Assembly (NCBI GenBank): GCA_050258755.1
Contig: JBLMZI010000003.1
Coordinates: forward strand, 77,131-141,130
Reading direction: 5' to 3'
DNA: 64,000 nucleotides
Source: Solirubrobacterales bacterium
GTDB taxonomy: Bacteria; Bacillota; Syntrophomonadia; Syntrophomonadales; DTU052
The position numbers and the translations under genes were made by a program. The notes under the pieces are model-generated. The model saw only the letters and a program-made list of their open reading frames with translations. It ran no database searches and was not told where the DNA came from. Below are positions 1 to 11,021 of the stretch, one piece after another (the first letter of the stretch is position 1; each line of letters starts with the position of its first letter).

Positions 1-456
1 GGATCGGCGGTGGAAATGATATTGGGCTGCGACATCCGGATCGCGGCCACCAATGCCCACCTGGCCATTCCCGAAGTGAAATACGGGTTAGCTCCGGATA
101 TGGGCGGAACGACGCGCCTGACCAAACTGATCGGTATTGGCCAGGCCAAACGGATGATCATTGGCTGTGAGGAGATTGATGCCGCTGAAGCGAAAGCGAT
201 CGGAATGGTGGATATCGTGGTCGAGCCCGAGCAGTTGATGGAGCGGGCCATGGAACTTGCGAACCGGATTGCCGGCTTCCCGCCGGTTGCGGTGAATCTG
301 GCGAAAAAGGGGATCAACCTGGCCCAGGAAAGCAGCCGGATGGCCAGCCTGATGTTCGAACAAGCCCAGTCGATCTACTGCTGCGGCACGGAAGATCAAA
401 CCGAAGCGGTCACAGCTTTCTTCGAGAAGCGGAAACCGGTTTTCAAAGGCAAATAG
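1..456 (+). CDS. Enoyl-CoA hydratase/isomerase family protein (5' truncated by window edge)
   Basis: Crotonase motifs GxEMILGCDIRIA, PEVKYGLAPDMGG; C-terminal FFEKRKPVFKGK. Confidence 0.9.
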   Translation, partial: GSAVEMILGCDIRIAATNAHLAIPEVKYGLAPDMGGTTRLTKLIGIGQAKRMIIGCEEIDAAEAKAIGMVDIVVEPEQLMERAMELANRIAGFPPVAVNLAKKGINLAQESSRMASLMFEQAQSIYCCGTEDQTEAVTAFFEKRKPVFKGK

Positions 457-478
457 CGGCAGCGTGACAAAGACAGTG

Positions 479-504
479 AAAAGGAGGGGCATCCCCCTCC
501 TTTT
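479..504. terminator. Bidirectional intrinsic terminator
   Basis: aaaaggagggg-cat-ccccctcctttt between convergent genes. Confidence 0.8.
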
Positions 505-565
505 CTGTGTGAGTCTGACCGGTCAGGGCGTTTGATAGAGGCCAAGGCGCTCAGTGCGCCGGTTA

Positions 566-1774
566 TCAGTCCGGCTTTGATTCCGGGTGGCCGTCACGAA
601 GGCGGCGGACGATATTCTCGATCAGCGAATCCGGCGTTTCGGTATCGGACGGGTCTATGGACGCGGCCGCCTCCGAGCGAAGGAAATACACCGTTGCCAG
701 GATGTTCCGCTCCAGCCTGGATTGGCTTTGTTTTAGATCGGCCCAGTGCATCTCCTGCTCGTACAGGTTCATACATTCCTGCAGATTCGAGGCCCGGCCT
801 GACTGCAAAAAGAACTGGAACCGCTGTAAGGCTTCGATATTCCGGTACTGGGGGTGGATATCGGGGCTCTGAATGACTTCCCGATAAATCCGGCTGACCC
901 GGTCGGCCTTTTTCAATTTCAGCCTGGCCCGCTTGATATCCTCGATGCTTCGGTTGATGAACTCGCTCTTTTCGGTTTCCCATTCCTTAACCGCCATTTT
1001 ATACCGGTCACAAGCCTTTTCGTATTCCCGATAATTAATGAAATAGACCTTTAGGTCATGGTTGTATTTTTCCCGAAGCTGGGCATAACTCTCGGTTTGG
1101 GCGCGTTCCCGGCTGAACAGGCTTCTGACGGTAAAACGCGACGGGTCAGGCTTTTGGGGCTTTTCACCGGGACTTTCCGGTTCGGCCAGGGCCGTGTAGG
1201 GCGCATTTAAGAAAGCTTCCCGCTGCTCAATCAAGCGCTGCTGGAACTGAGTCTGGGCCTGGACCTTTTCGGAAGCGGTCATCGCGTTGATACAGATACT
1301 CAGGTCATTTAAAAGATCGTCGCGCGTCTTTTTCGGGGACGGTTTGACTTTCAGCATCGAATAGTAACGGGCAATGGCTTCGTCGGTTACCGGGACGGCC
1401 GAGAGCTCAAGCAGTTCCACCAGGTCTTTGCTGGTCACGCCTTCGTGTTCAAATTCGGTTTTAAAGAAATAGAGGCGGGTGTTGGTTCGCAGGTAGTAGT
1501 ACGGGCCGACAAACAGGATGTGACGGTTTTGATCCAAATCCGCTAAATCGGCCTCGACGTCCAGCATTTTGTCGATGAAAAGTACCCATTTCGTGACATT
1601 CTCATTCATATTTGCGGGGTCGGCGAATTGGTTTTTCAGCTCGCGATAGGCGGATAGGCTGATATGAACCGCGCCGTGCTGAAAGAATTCGAGGACCGCG
1701 GTTGGTGAATACTCGAGAAATAGAGAAAGATCAAGGTTGCAGGGGTCCGTATGGTTCGGCAATTTGGGCAACAA
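566..1774 (-). CDS. Hypothetical helical/coiled-coil protein
   Basis: Long ORF; AAAGGAGG SD 7 nt before TTG at 1774; C-terminal HPQYRN..GRASNLQECMNLYE motif; no recognised domain. Confidence 0.7.
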   Translation of the reverse strand: MLPKLPNHTDPCNLDLSLFLEYSPTAVLEFFQHGAVHISLSAYRELKNQFADPANMNENVTKWVLFIDKMLDVEADLADLDQNRHILFVGPYYYLRTNTRLYFFKTEFEHEGVTSKDLVELLELSAVPVTDEAIARYYSMLKVKPSPKKTRDDLLNDLSICINAMTASEKVQAQTQFQQRLIEQREAFLNAPYTALAEPESPGEKPQKPDPSRFTVRSLFSRERAQTESYAQLREKYNHDLKVYFINYREYEKACDRYKMAVKEWETEKSEFINRSIEDIKRARLKLKKADRVSRIYREVIQSPDIHPQYRNIEALQRFQFFLQSGRASNLQECMNLYEQEMHWADLKQSQSRLERNILATVYFLRSEAAASIDPSDTETPDSLIENIVRRLRDGHPESKPD

Positions 1775-2108
1775 AGGGATTCCTCCTTTGATTTGATTGA
1801 TTCCGCTCAATGCCTATTTTCGGCAAATGGTAAAATATTCCTCTCGCGTCCGTGCCAAGAAATAGCGCCTGTTTCCGTGGTGAAGCGACAAATTCTTTTG
1901 ATGAGACAAAGGTCCCATCAAAAGGCGGCGGCTTTTGACTGGAGTGCAAGCAATACTCAAGGAAAGGAGCTTGTGGTACGATATGGAATATAGAGTAATG
2001 CCGATTTTCTTAGAATATTTCGCGACACCGCGGCTTACTGATCCTTATCCGGCAGTCCTTCCGGGAAAAATGCAGACACAGGATTTCAAGCTGTGAGGTG
2101 AAAGCATT

Positions 2109-3878
2109 TTGGCGCCTAACGAAAATACCGAGAATACCGAAAAACCGACGACCAAATCGAACACCCTGTATGCTGTGGTGTGGGCGCTTTTGATGGTCAA
2201 TTTGTACCTCGTTTTCGGCTTGCGGCACGGTTTCCAACTGCTGAATTTCCTCGGTTTTTCCGCGGCGGCATTGATTGGTATCGCGTTTGTTGGACTTTCC
2301 GGCCGCCCGAAACGGATTATTGAAGATCCTGTCCCTATTGAGGTCGCCGAAGTGGTCCAGGACGCCATGGAAGGGGTTCGCCCCCATTGCGAGGAGATTT
2401 TCCTGGATCAGTTCCATCAGGTGGTCGGGCCGATGTTTTATGATGCCGAGAGCCATTTCCGTGACGGTCTGGCCTGGCTGTGGCAGTCGGCAGAGGGTAT
2501 GCGCGAGATTCTCCAGAAGGGGCTGATCAAGTCCAAACTCGAACTGGGGAAGATGTCGGGTCAGTTTGCGATGCAAGGATGGGCACAGATCTATAACAAC
2601 ACCGATGGCAAACTGGACAAAATGTTGGCTGGCTTGAATGATCTTCCCAAGCTCAAGGAACGGAATGAAGCAGATCTCCAGAATCTCAGCGCTCGAGTGC
2701 TTGAAGATACCCAGGTGAAGTTGGAAAAAGAAAAGGATTTGATGCTGAACTACCTTGAAAACCTTCTGACAGTCCAGTTGTCCGAAGAGTATCAGGAAAC
2801 CGGAGAGGTCCTTCAGCCGAGTATCGAAAAACTCAGTGCGCAGTTCCAGGGCTTCCTGGATCGAAGTCTGGATGCCAAGATCGAGAATCTTGACGAGACT
2901 ATGGCCCAGGAACTTGGGACCTTGGCCAGTAAGATCGTCGGTGATATTCAGGGACTGACACTGAACATGGTCAACGGTCTGGATCAAAATATTGATACCC
3001 TGAAACGGCTAATGGCGGAAAAGAAAGCTGAAGCGGACCTTCGCGAGCGCATTGACAATCTCAACATTCTTTTGGTTTCGCTGCGAGACGAGGCCAATGC
3101 GGTTCTCTTTTCACTCGCCTGGCGCGACATGATGATCGACAGCCAGTGGCAGACGCTGAGCGCGCGCCTGGAAAAGGATAATATGCGGATGCAGCAGGAT
3201 GCCGGTGAAGGCGTTCTGAACGACTACATTGACGAGCTCAAGAAAGCGATTCCGACGATTGTTGATCTGGGGGTTTCGCCAGCCTACCGGAGCATCTACA
3301 ACATGCTCGGCGCAGTCGAATACTGGAATAACGGGTTTACCTGGTCCGAAACCGCGGAAAAAACCCGGGAAGCGGCTACGCTGCTTTTCCAGTATGTGCT
3401 GGTGATTGAACGGATGGCGGAACGCGTGATCATGGTGCCGATGGAAACCCTGCGCAATGCCCGGCTGATGCGGGAGTCCGTGCGGCAGGGAGCATTTGCG
3501 CAGGAGTTTGCGCGGGTCCGGAGTGAGGTGCAGCGGCGCCGTCCGGAATTGGACGTCTATTTGCAGGATGTGTACCCCCAACAGTTCCTGAGTTTCTGTT
3601 CCGACCATTATATGCGCCCCAGGCCGCAAAACGCGGGTGACGGCGCCTGGATGCTCTTCTTCGTGCTGATCTATCAAAACCGGTTCAGCAAGGCGGATTC
3701 GGACTCCCTTTACCTGATGGGGCTTTTGCTGGTTGCCCATAACATGCGCAATCGATATGTCCACCCAACCCGGGGCAAACAGGTTGTAAGCCTGGAAGAC
3801 CCCGACCGGCTGATCGAGATTCGGATGACGGCCCTTGATGCGATTGAATTGTTAGGCCGGATGGGTACGCACACATAA
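2109..3878 (+). CDS. Membrane-anchored coiled-coil protein with putative C-terminal HEPN domain
   Basis: Two hydrophobic N-terminal helices, long heptad-rich helical middle, RNRYVH (RNxxxH) motif near C-terminus; GAGGTG SD before TTG. Confidence 0.65.
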   Translation: MAPNENTENTEKPTTKSNTLYAVVWALLMVNLYLVFGLRHGFQLLNFLGFSAAALIGIAFVGLSGRPKRIIEDPVPIEVAEVVQDAMEGVRPHCEEIFLDQFHQVVGPMFYDAESHFRDGLAWLWQSAEGMREILQKGLIKSKLELGKMSGQFAMQGWAQIYNNTDGKLDKMLAGLNDLPKLKERNEADLQNLSARVLEDTQVKLEKEKDLMLNYLENLLTVQLSEEYQETGEVLQPSIEKLSAQFQGFLDRSLDAKIENLDETMAQELGTLASKIVGDIQGLTLNMVNGLDQNIDTLKRLMAEKKAEADLRERIDNLNILLVSLRDEANAVLFSLAWRDMMIDSQWQTLSARLEKDNMRMQQDAGEGVLNDYIDELKKAIPTIVDLGVSPAYRSIYNMLGAVEYWNNGFTWSETAEKTREAATLLFQYVLVIERMAERVIMVPMETLRNARLMRESVRQGAFAQEFARVRSEVQRRRPELDVYLQDVYPQQFLSFCSDHYMRPRPQNAGDGAWMLFFVLIYQNRFSKADSDSLYLMGLLLVAHNMRNRYVHPTRGKQVVSLEDPDRLIEIRMTALDAIELLGRMGTHT

Positions 3879-3911
3879 CGATGAATTCTCTGACAGCATG
3901 GAGCGATACCT

Positions 3912-4625
3912 GTGAACCATGAGAGAATGCAGCGGGTCGTTTCTTTCAATATCCGGCACGCTAAGGGTCTGGACGGCCGGGTTGCATTGGGACGGATTGC
4001 CGCGGTGCTTCGTGAAATAGAACCCGATGTGATCGGGCTGCAGGAAGTGGACCAGGGCTGGGCCCGGAGCGGTTCGATCGACCAGGCGGCCTGGCTGGGA
4101 GAAACCCTAACGATGAACCAGGTCATGATTCCCGCCTTTTCCAAGGCCCGGGCACACTACGGGCTGGCGGTCCTTTCCCGTTATCCGATCTGCGCCTGCG
4201 ATTCCTGGCCGCTGCCAAGTCAGGGCGAACCACGCGTTCTGGCCCGTGTATTGATTGATCTCGGCCCGGTGAAGCTGACGGTCTTCAACACCCACCTCGG
4301 TCTCGATCATACCGAGCGGCTTTCCCATATTGAACGAATCATTCTGCCGAAACTGCCGCAGAGGAACCCGGGAATTCTGACAGGTGATTTCAACGCGCTG
4401 CCGGCCTCGCTGGAATTGGCCCGTTTCAGGACCAGGCTGGCTGAATCCAGTCTAACTGATGGGTGCCTGACCTATCCGGCCGGGAACCCGGATGAAAGGA
4501 TCGATTATATCCTCCACACCAGCGGCATTCAGCTGGATTCCATCCAGGCGGTTTCCACCGATGCTTCGGATCACTGCCCGCTGGTGGCCGATCTGCGAAT
4601 TTGGTTACCGAACCAAACCTGTTGA
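3912..4625 (+). CDS. Endonuclease/exonuclease/phosphatase (EEP) family protein
   Basis: SFNI, GLQEVD, NTHL, GDFN, IDYI, SDH motifs. Confidence 0.9.
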   Translation: MNHERMQRVVSFNIRHAKGLDGRVALGRIAAVLREIEPDVIGLQEVDQGWARSGSIDQAAWLGETLTMNQVMIPAFSKARAHYGLAVLSRYPICACDSWPLPSQGEPRVLARVLIDLGPVKLTVFNTHLGLDHTERLSHIERIILPKLPQRNPGILTGDFNALPASLELARFRTRLAESSLTDGCLTYPAGNPDERIDYILHTSGIQLDSIQAVSTDASDHCPLVADLRIWLPNQTC

Positions 4626-4679
4626 TTTGCATCGCTCTTGAATTCAACGGGCATCAGTGGGGGAGCAAAACGGATTGGA

Positions 4680-5786
4680 TTAGACGAGTGCGGGGTTCGC
4701 ATTGAAGAGTTTGACAACCTGATTCTGATCCAGGACTTCGTAAACATAAGTATCCGTGTTGCGCAGATCCAGCAGTTTCTGGGCGGGAAGGCGCTGACCG
4801 GTCGGATCGAAGACCACGCGAACGGTTGGATGGGCCGCCTGTTTTGGGTCAATATTGACCACGATGCCAATTTCCGCGGTATTCAACCGTACGACACTGC
4901 CAATCGGAAACATAGCGATATTCGCAGTAAGGGCTTCAACTACCTTCGCATCGAAAGCGCTTCCGGACATACGCCGCAGGTAGTCCGCCGATTCAAAGAC
5001 GGAAAACGCCTTCCGGTATGGCCGGTCAGCGGAAAGCGCGTCAAAGACGTCGGCCGCGGAGACAATCGAGGCATATTCGTGGATGGTCGTCTTGGACAGG
5101 CCGCGCGGATAGCCTTTTCCATCGAACCGTTCATGATGCTGGTAGGAGACATGGGCTGATAACAGCGATAAATCTTCGTAAGATCGCAAAATGTCGAATC
5201 CGTAGTCGGTGTGATTCTTGACTTGCGCGTATTCTTCCGGGGTCAGTTCGAAGGGCTTGTTAATGATATCCTTATCAATCTGGGTTTTACCGATGTCGTG
5301 AAGCAGGGCGCCAACGCCGAGATCGCGGAGTTTGGCTTCGTTGTAGCCCAGCTTAATCCCGGTCATCATGGCCAGAATGCCAACACTGAGCGAATGGCCA
5401 AAGGTGTAATCATCATAGGCGCGGATATCACAGGCGTTTATCAGTATGGTCCGGTTGTCGAGCAATTCGTAAACCAGATTGTCGACAACCTTTTTAAATG
5501 CACGGGTATTTATCCTTCGGTTGGAGGACAGTGAGTCGAAACCTTCCCGAACGATGCGCATGGATTCCTGGCGCGTCTGCTCGGAAATGACTTCCGGGAT
5601 GTCGGCCACCGGCGCAAAATCGGCATCCTCAATGAAGATGCTGGCGATGCCAAGTTCCTGGAGCCGCCGCACATAGGTTTCACTCAGCTCAATACCGGCC
5701 GCAAGCAGGATGCGACCCTCGCTGCTGTATATCGGCCGCGACACTTTCATGCCCGACGTGATTTCATCCAAGCTGATTCTTCTCAT
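4680..5786 (-). CDS. HD-GYP cyclic dinucleotide phosphodiesterase
   Basis: LLHDIGK, HHERFDGKGYP, DRPYRK motifs; ATG at 5786 after GAAAGGA. Confidence 0.9.
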   Translation of the reverse strand: MRRISLDEITSGMKVSRPIYSSEGRILLAAGIELSETYVRRLQELGIASIFIEDADFAPVADIPEVISEQTRQESMRIVREGFDSLSSNRRINTRAFKKVVDNLVYELLDNRTILINACDIRAYDDYTFGHSLSVGILAMMTGIKLGYNEAKLRDLGVGALLHDIGKTQIDKDIINKPFELTPEEYAQVKNHTDYGFDILRSYEDLSLLSAHVSYQHHERFDGKGYPRGLSKTTIHEYASIVSAADVFDALSADRPYRKAFSVFESADYLRRMSGSAFDAKVVEALTANIAMFPIGSVVRLNTAEIGIVVNIDPKQAAHPTVRVVFDPTGQRLPAQKLLDLRNTDTYVYEVLDQNQVVKLFNANPALV

Positions 5787-5896
5787 GAGCCGTCCTTTCT
5801 CAACCGGACCCGCATGAAGGACCAAAACGACAGCAGGATAGATCGATACTACCAGAATAACACAGAATATCTCAATTCGGGAAGATTCGACACGAT

Positions 5897-6658
5897 CTAT
5901 TCTGGATCAGGCTGTGCGGAAACGGTGAAAAAGATGGCGAGCGTATAGTAGATACACAAGGAAATGAATGTGATATTGCTGATCTGACCGTAATCTGGGA
6001 AGAAGCCCATCATGATGGCCTGCAGTGTGATAGGCATGGACTGGGCGAAAACGGCCAGCCCGAAAGTCTGCTGGAAGCTGAAGGGGCGCGAAGTGGCAAA
6101 GGTTCCAAGAAAACCCAGTGACGCAAAGAAAAACGCATAGAAAAGCTGTTCAAGCAGCTGCAGGAACAGGCCCCAAAACAGGAAGAAACCCTCGAAGACC
6201 CATCGTGTTTCAAGCAGATCCCGTTTGGTTAACGGGGGGCTTTCCAACCGGTCCAGGGAGAGCTCGGCCGGTTCAGAACCGGCGACGGAGAAAAGAATCC
6301 GATCGGCGGTAAACATCATGCCGGTCGGGCGGTTTTTCAACACGGACGGACGGGTATGGCCGGTTGTGTCAAGAATAAGGATCAAATCGGCATCCTGATA
6401 TAAGACGGTGCGAACCGGCTGAGCCGAACGCAGCCGACCGTTTGCAATGGTGAAGTCCGGGACCGAGGTTCGGATGTTCTCAAAAATGACATCATTTTTT
6501 TGGTGAAAGAAATACAGTTTAGAGCCGACCAGGGGAACGCCGACCAGCACCAGCAGGAAAAACAGGAAGAGCAGCGCGGTGGACAGCGGCTGCGCGGCGA
6601 GTTTGGGGTACACGCGCGGATCAGTTGAACTCTCCAGATAGACTTTAAATGGATTCAC
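5897..6658 (-). CDS. DUF1189-like membrane protein
   Basis: TM helix, PDFTIANGRL extracellular segment, three C-terminal TM helices; GGAGG SD before GTG 6658. Confidence 0.7.
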   Translation of the reverse strand: MNPFKVYLESSTDPRVYPKLAAQPLSTALLFLFFLLVLVGVPLVGSKLYFFHQKNDVIFENIRTSVPDFTIANGRLRSAQPVRTVLYQDADLILILDTTGHTRPSVLKNRPTGMMFTADRILFSVAGSEPAELSLDRLESPPLTKRDLLETRWVFEGFFLFWGLFLQLLEQLFYAFFFASLGFLGTFATSRPFSFQQTFGLAVFAQSMPITLQAIMMGFFPDYGQISNITFISLCIYYTLAIFFTVSAQPDPE

Positions 6659-6724
6659 CAGAAACGGGCCTCCAATTTCGTTCACTCTAGAGTAAAGCAT
6701 ACCACATTCACGCGGCGGTCAAGA

Positions 6725-6797
6725 AAAGACCAGCCTATAGGCGGTTTCGAAATCAAACCGAAAGGGTTATTTCGAAACCGGCTTAAGACTGGTCTTT
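6725..6797. terminator. Long nested hairpin downstream of the trp operon (terminator and/or REP-like insert)
   Basis: aaagaccag...ctggtcttt outer stem and cggtttcgaaat...atttcgaaaccg inner stem. Confidence 0.6.
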
Positions 6798-6804
6798 GTC
6801 AAAC

Positions 6805-7632
6805 TTAGCATCGGCCCAGCGCGGCCTCACAGCGGCGAACGTCATCAATCAAATCGGCAAACAGCGCCGGTGTCAAGGATTGCGGGCCGTCCGAAAGCGC
6901 TCGTTCCGGGTTTTGATGGACCTCAATCATCAACCCATCTGCGCCAGCCGCCACTGAAGCCCGAGCCAGCGGCCGCACGAGTGAGCGCTTCCCGGAAGCG
7001 TGGCTGGGATCGACAATGACCGGCAGATGGGCCAGTTCCTTAATGAGTGGAATCGCCGCGATATCCAGGGTATTGCGGGTCGCCCGCTCATAGGTTCGAA
7101 TCCCGCGTTCGCAGAGGATGACATTGGGATTTCCGGCGTGCAGGATGTATTCCGCGGCCAACAGCCATTCCTCGATGGTCGCTGACATACCGCGCTTCAG
7201 GACGACCGGCTTGCTGATTCGTCCTGCTTCCTTGAGCAGCGCGAAGTTCTGCATGTTCCGCGAGCCGATTTGAAGAATATCGGCATATGAAGCGACCAAA
7301 TCGATGTCCCGGGTATCCATGACTTCCGTCACGACCGGGAGACCGGTTCGGTGGCCCGCCTCGGCAAGGATTTCAAGTCCTTCGCGTTCCAAACCGGCAA
7401 AGGCGTACGGCGACGTGCGCGGTTTAAAGGCTCCTCCGCGCAAAACGTCTGTTCCCAGCGCTTTCAATTGATCAGCAATCTCCAGGTAATCGCCATGGCC
7501 TTCCACGGCGCACGGGCCGGCAATAACGACCACCGATCCGCCGCCGAAGCTTACCGGATGGGCCGCAGTCGTTACGTCAACCAGGGTGGACGTATGGTCA
7601 TCCCGGCGGGCAACCAGCCGGCATTCGGTCAT
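6805..7632 (-). CDS. aroF: DAHP synthase (type I-beta, catalytic barrel only)
   Basis: [30 protein letters not shown] motifs; ATG overlaps trpA stop (TGATG). Confidence 0.92.
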   Translation of the reverse strand: MTECRLVARRDDHTSTLVDVTTAAHPVSFGGGSVVVIAGPCAVEGHGDYLEIADQLKALGTDVLRGGAFKPRTSPYAFAGLEREGLEILAEAGHRTGLPVVTEVMDTRDIDLVASYADILQIGSRNMQNFALLKEAGRISKPVVLKRGMSATIEEWLLAAEYILHAGNPNVILCERGIRTYERATRNTLDIAAIPLIKELAHLPVIVDPSHASGKRSLVRPLARASVAAGADGLMIEVHQNPERALSDGPQSLTPALFADLIDDVRRCEAALGRC

Positions 7633-8437
7633 CACACACACCTCGCTTCCAATTCCCTGCGGGTGGGGGCTTTGAGCAGGGCGGCTTCCCGTTCCAGGGC
7701 CGCGGGGATCGAGCGCCCTTCTTTCTCGGCTTCGACCATGACGTTGGCAAAGTGGCTGCCGACGACAAACCCTTCCGCGGTATCCCGCAGGGCCGCGATC
7801 TGTTTCGGATCATGAATGCCGAAACCAAGCGCCCGTGGAGCATCGGTCGCTTTGCGGACCCGGCCGAGATAGGAACGGATTTCATCCATCGGCAAAGCCC
7901 GGGTGCCGGTAACGCCGCGGACTGATACGCAGTAAACGAAATCCGGGTCGTGCTGCCCGGCAAGAGTCAGGCGTGCGTCCGAACTGCTCGGCGCCACCAT
8001 GGGAACCGGCTTTACCATTCGGCCAGCCATCGATCCGAGTTCATCCAGCGGCAGGTCGGGAATGATGATGCCGTCCAGCCCGACGCTGCCGATATCATCA
8101 AGAAAAGCGGCCGAACCGCGCGCAAAGACCGGGTTGTAGTAACAGAACAGGACCAGCGGGATTTCGGTCCGGGATCGGATTTTCGCCGCCAGTTCCAAGG
8201 TTTTATTGAGGTTCAGCCCCAGCTCGACGCCGCGATGATGCAAGCGTTCGATTGAAGCGCCGTCCGCAACCGGATCGGAAAACGGAACACCGAGCTCAAT
8301 CAAATCCACACCGCCCTGTTCGAGTGCGTCAATACTTTCCAGAAAGATCGACTGGTCGGGCAGGCCGGCCATGATGAATGCGATCAGGGCCTTTTCGTCT
8401 TTGGCGTCAAGCAGTTGAAAGAGATGTTGTATACGGT

Positions 8438-8441
<4 letters not shown>
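7632..8441 (-). CDS. trpA: Tryptophan synthase alpha chain
   Basis: [25 protein letters not shown] motifs. Confidence 0.97.
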
Positions 8442-9609
<1,168 letters not shown>

Positions 9610-9625
<16 letters not shown>

Positions 9626-10242
9626 AGCTGGTCTGCCTCCTTTACGCGCATAATAAGGGTTTTAATTCTATTCGGGTCTTTGCCGCCTTCCGGGAATTCC
9701 ACCCCGGAGGCGATATCCACCGCCATTGGCCTGACCGCTTGGATCGCCGCAGCGATGTTATCCGGGTTCAGGCCGCCGGCTAAAATGATCTTGTCCATGC
9801 CCGCAAGCGGCTGAAGCCATTCCCAGGGGAAGGATCTGCCGCTGCCGCCGCGCTGGGCTGCACTGCCAGCGGCGTCAAACAGGTAGGCTTCAGCCCGCCA
9901 TCGCTCCACGGCCGCCGGATCAACCGGGCCGGCCGGCGAAAATGCCTTAATGGCAGGAAGCTTCAACCGGTCCAGGTATTCGGGCGGCTCGTCGCCATGA
10001 AGCTGAACCATATCCAATCCGCAGGTCCGGGCCACAAAGCGGACCTGGTCCGGGTGTTCATTGGCAAACACCCCTACTTTCCTGATGGAACTGCCGGCCG
10101 CGCGGCTGATCGCGGCGGCCGCTTCCGGCGAACTCCTTCGCCGGGACGGGGCAAACACGAAACCGATCGCCCAGGCGCCGCATTCGCGAACGGCAAGAGC
10201 GTCTTCCAGACAGGTAATGCCGCAGATCTTTACTTTCGTCAT
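9610..10242 (-). CDS. trpF: Phosphoribosylanthranilate isomerase
   Basis: [26 protein letters not shown]. Confidence 0.96.
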
Positions 10243-11021
10243 GTGATCGCCTCCCGGTAGCCGGTGAGTGCTGCCAGTGCCCTGCCGGGGTCAGTCGCTG
10301 TGACCAGCGTTTCGCCGACTAAAGCCGCGGCAAATCCGGCTGATTCGAGTTGGAGCATGTCTTCCGGGCTTTTGATGCCGCTTTCACTCACCTTGAGCCG
10401 GGTGGACGGGATTATGGGTCCCAGTTCCAGGCTGGTGGCCAGATCGACGGTAAAGTCGCTCAGGTTTCGATTATTGACGCCGATCAGCCGGGCCGGGGTA
10501 TCCAAGGCCTGGTAAACCTCCTCGGCATTATGGGCTTCCACTAGGACGTCCAGACCCAGCGCGTGGGAGCGCTCGGTCAAAGCCAGCAGGCTTCTGTAAT
10601 CAAGAGCCGCGGCGATCAGCAGAACGGCATCGGCGCCGATTTCGCGGGCCTGATACAGCTGGATCTCGTCAAGTATAAAATCTTTTCGCAGGACCGGAAC
10701 GCGGGCTGTTTTCTTCACGATTTGAACATAGGCGGGATCGCCTTGAAAAAAGTCACGGTCGGTCAGCACCGATACCGCACAGGCCCCAGAACCGCCATAA
10801 ATACGGCCTAACGCGGCCGGGTCAAAATCGGGACACAGCACGCCGCGGGAAGGGGAAGCTTTTTTAACTTCGGCAATCACACCGACCGGGTCGGCTGCCG
10901 GCCGTTTCACCGCGGCCGCAAAACGGCCGGGAAGCGGTGCGGCAGCATCGTAGTCCGGGGTATAATCCTTCTTCAAAAGGGCGATTTCTTCGTTTTTTCG
11001 AGCCAGAATCCGCGCTAACAT
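10239..11021 (-). CDS. trpC: Indole-3-glycerol phosphate synthase
   Basis: IAEVKKASPSRG, SVLTD, LRKDFI, GVNNRNL, SESGI. Confidence 0.97.
   Translation of the reverse strand: MLARILARKNEEIALLKKDYTPDYDAAAPLPGRFAAAVKRPAADPVGVIAEVKKASPSRGVLCPDFDPAALGRIYGGSGACAVSVLTDRDFFQGDPAYVQIVKKTARVPVLRKDFILDEIQLYQAREIGADAVLLIAAALDYRSLLALTERSHALGLDVLVEAHNAEEVYQALDTPARLIGVNNRNLSDFTVDLATSLELGPIIPSTRLKVSESGIKSPEDMLQLESAGFAAALVGETLVTATDPGRALAALTGYREAIT

Noticed and set aside
1843-1858. TTGGCAC on the minus strand as a sigma-54 promoter
   Set aside because: No TTGC -12 element at the required spacing.
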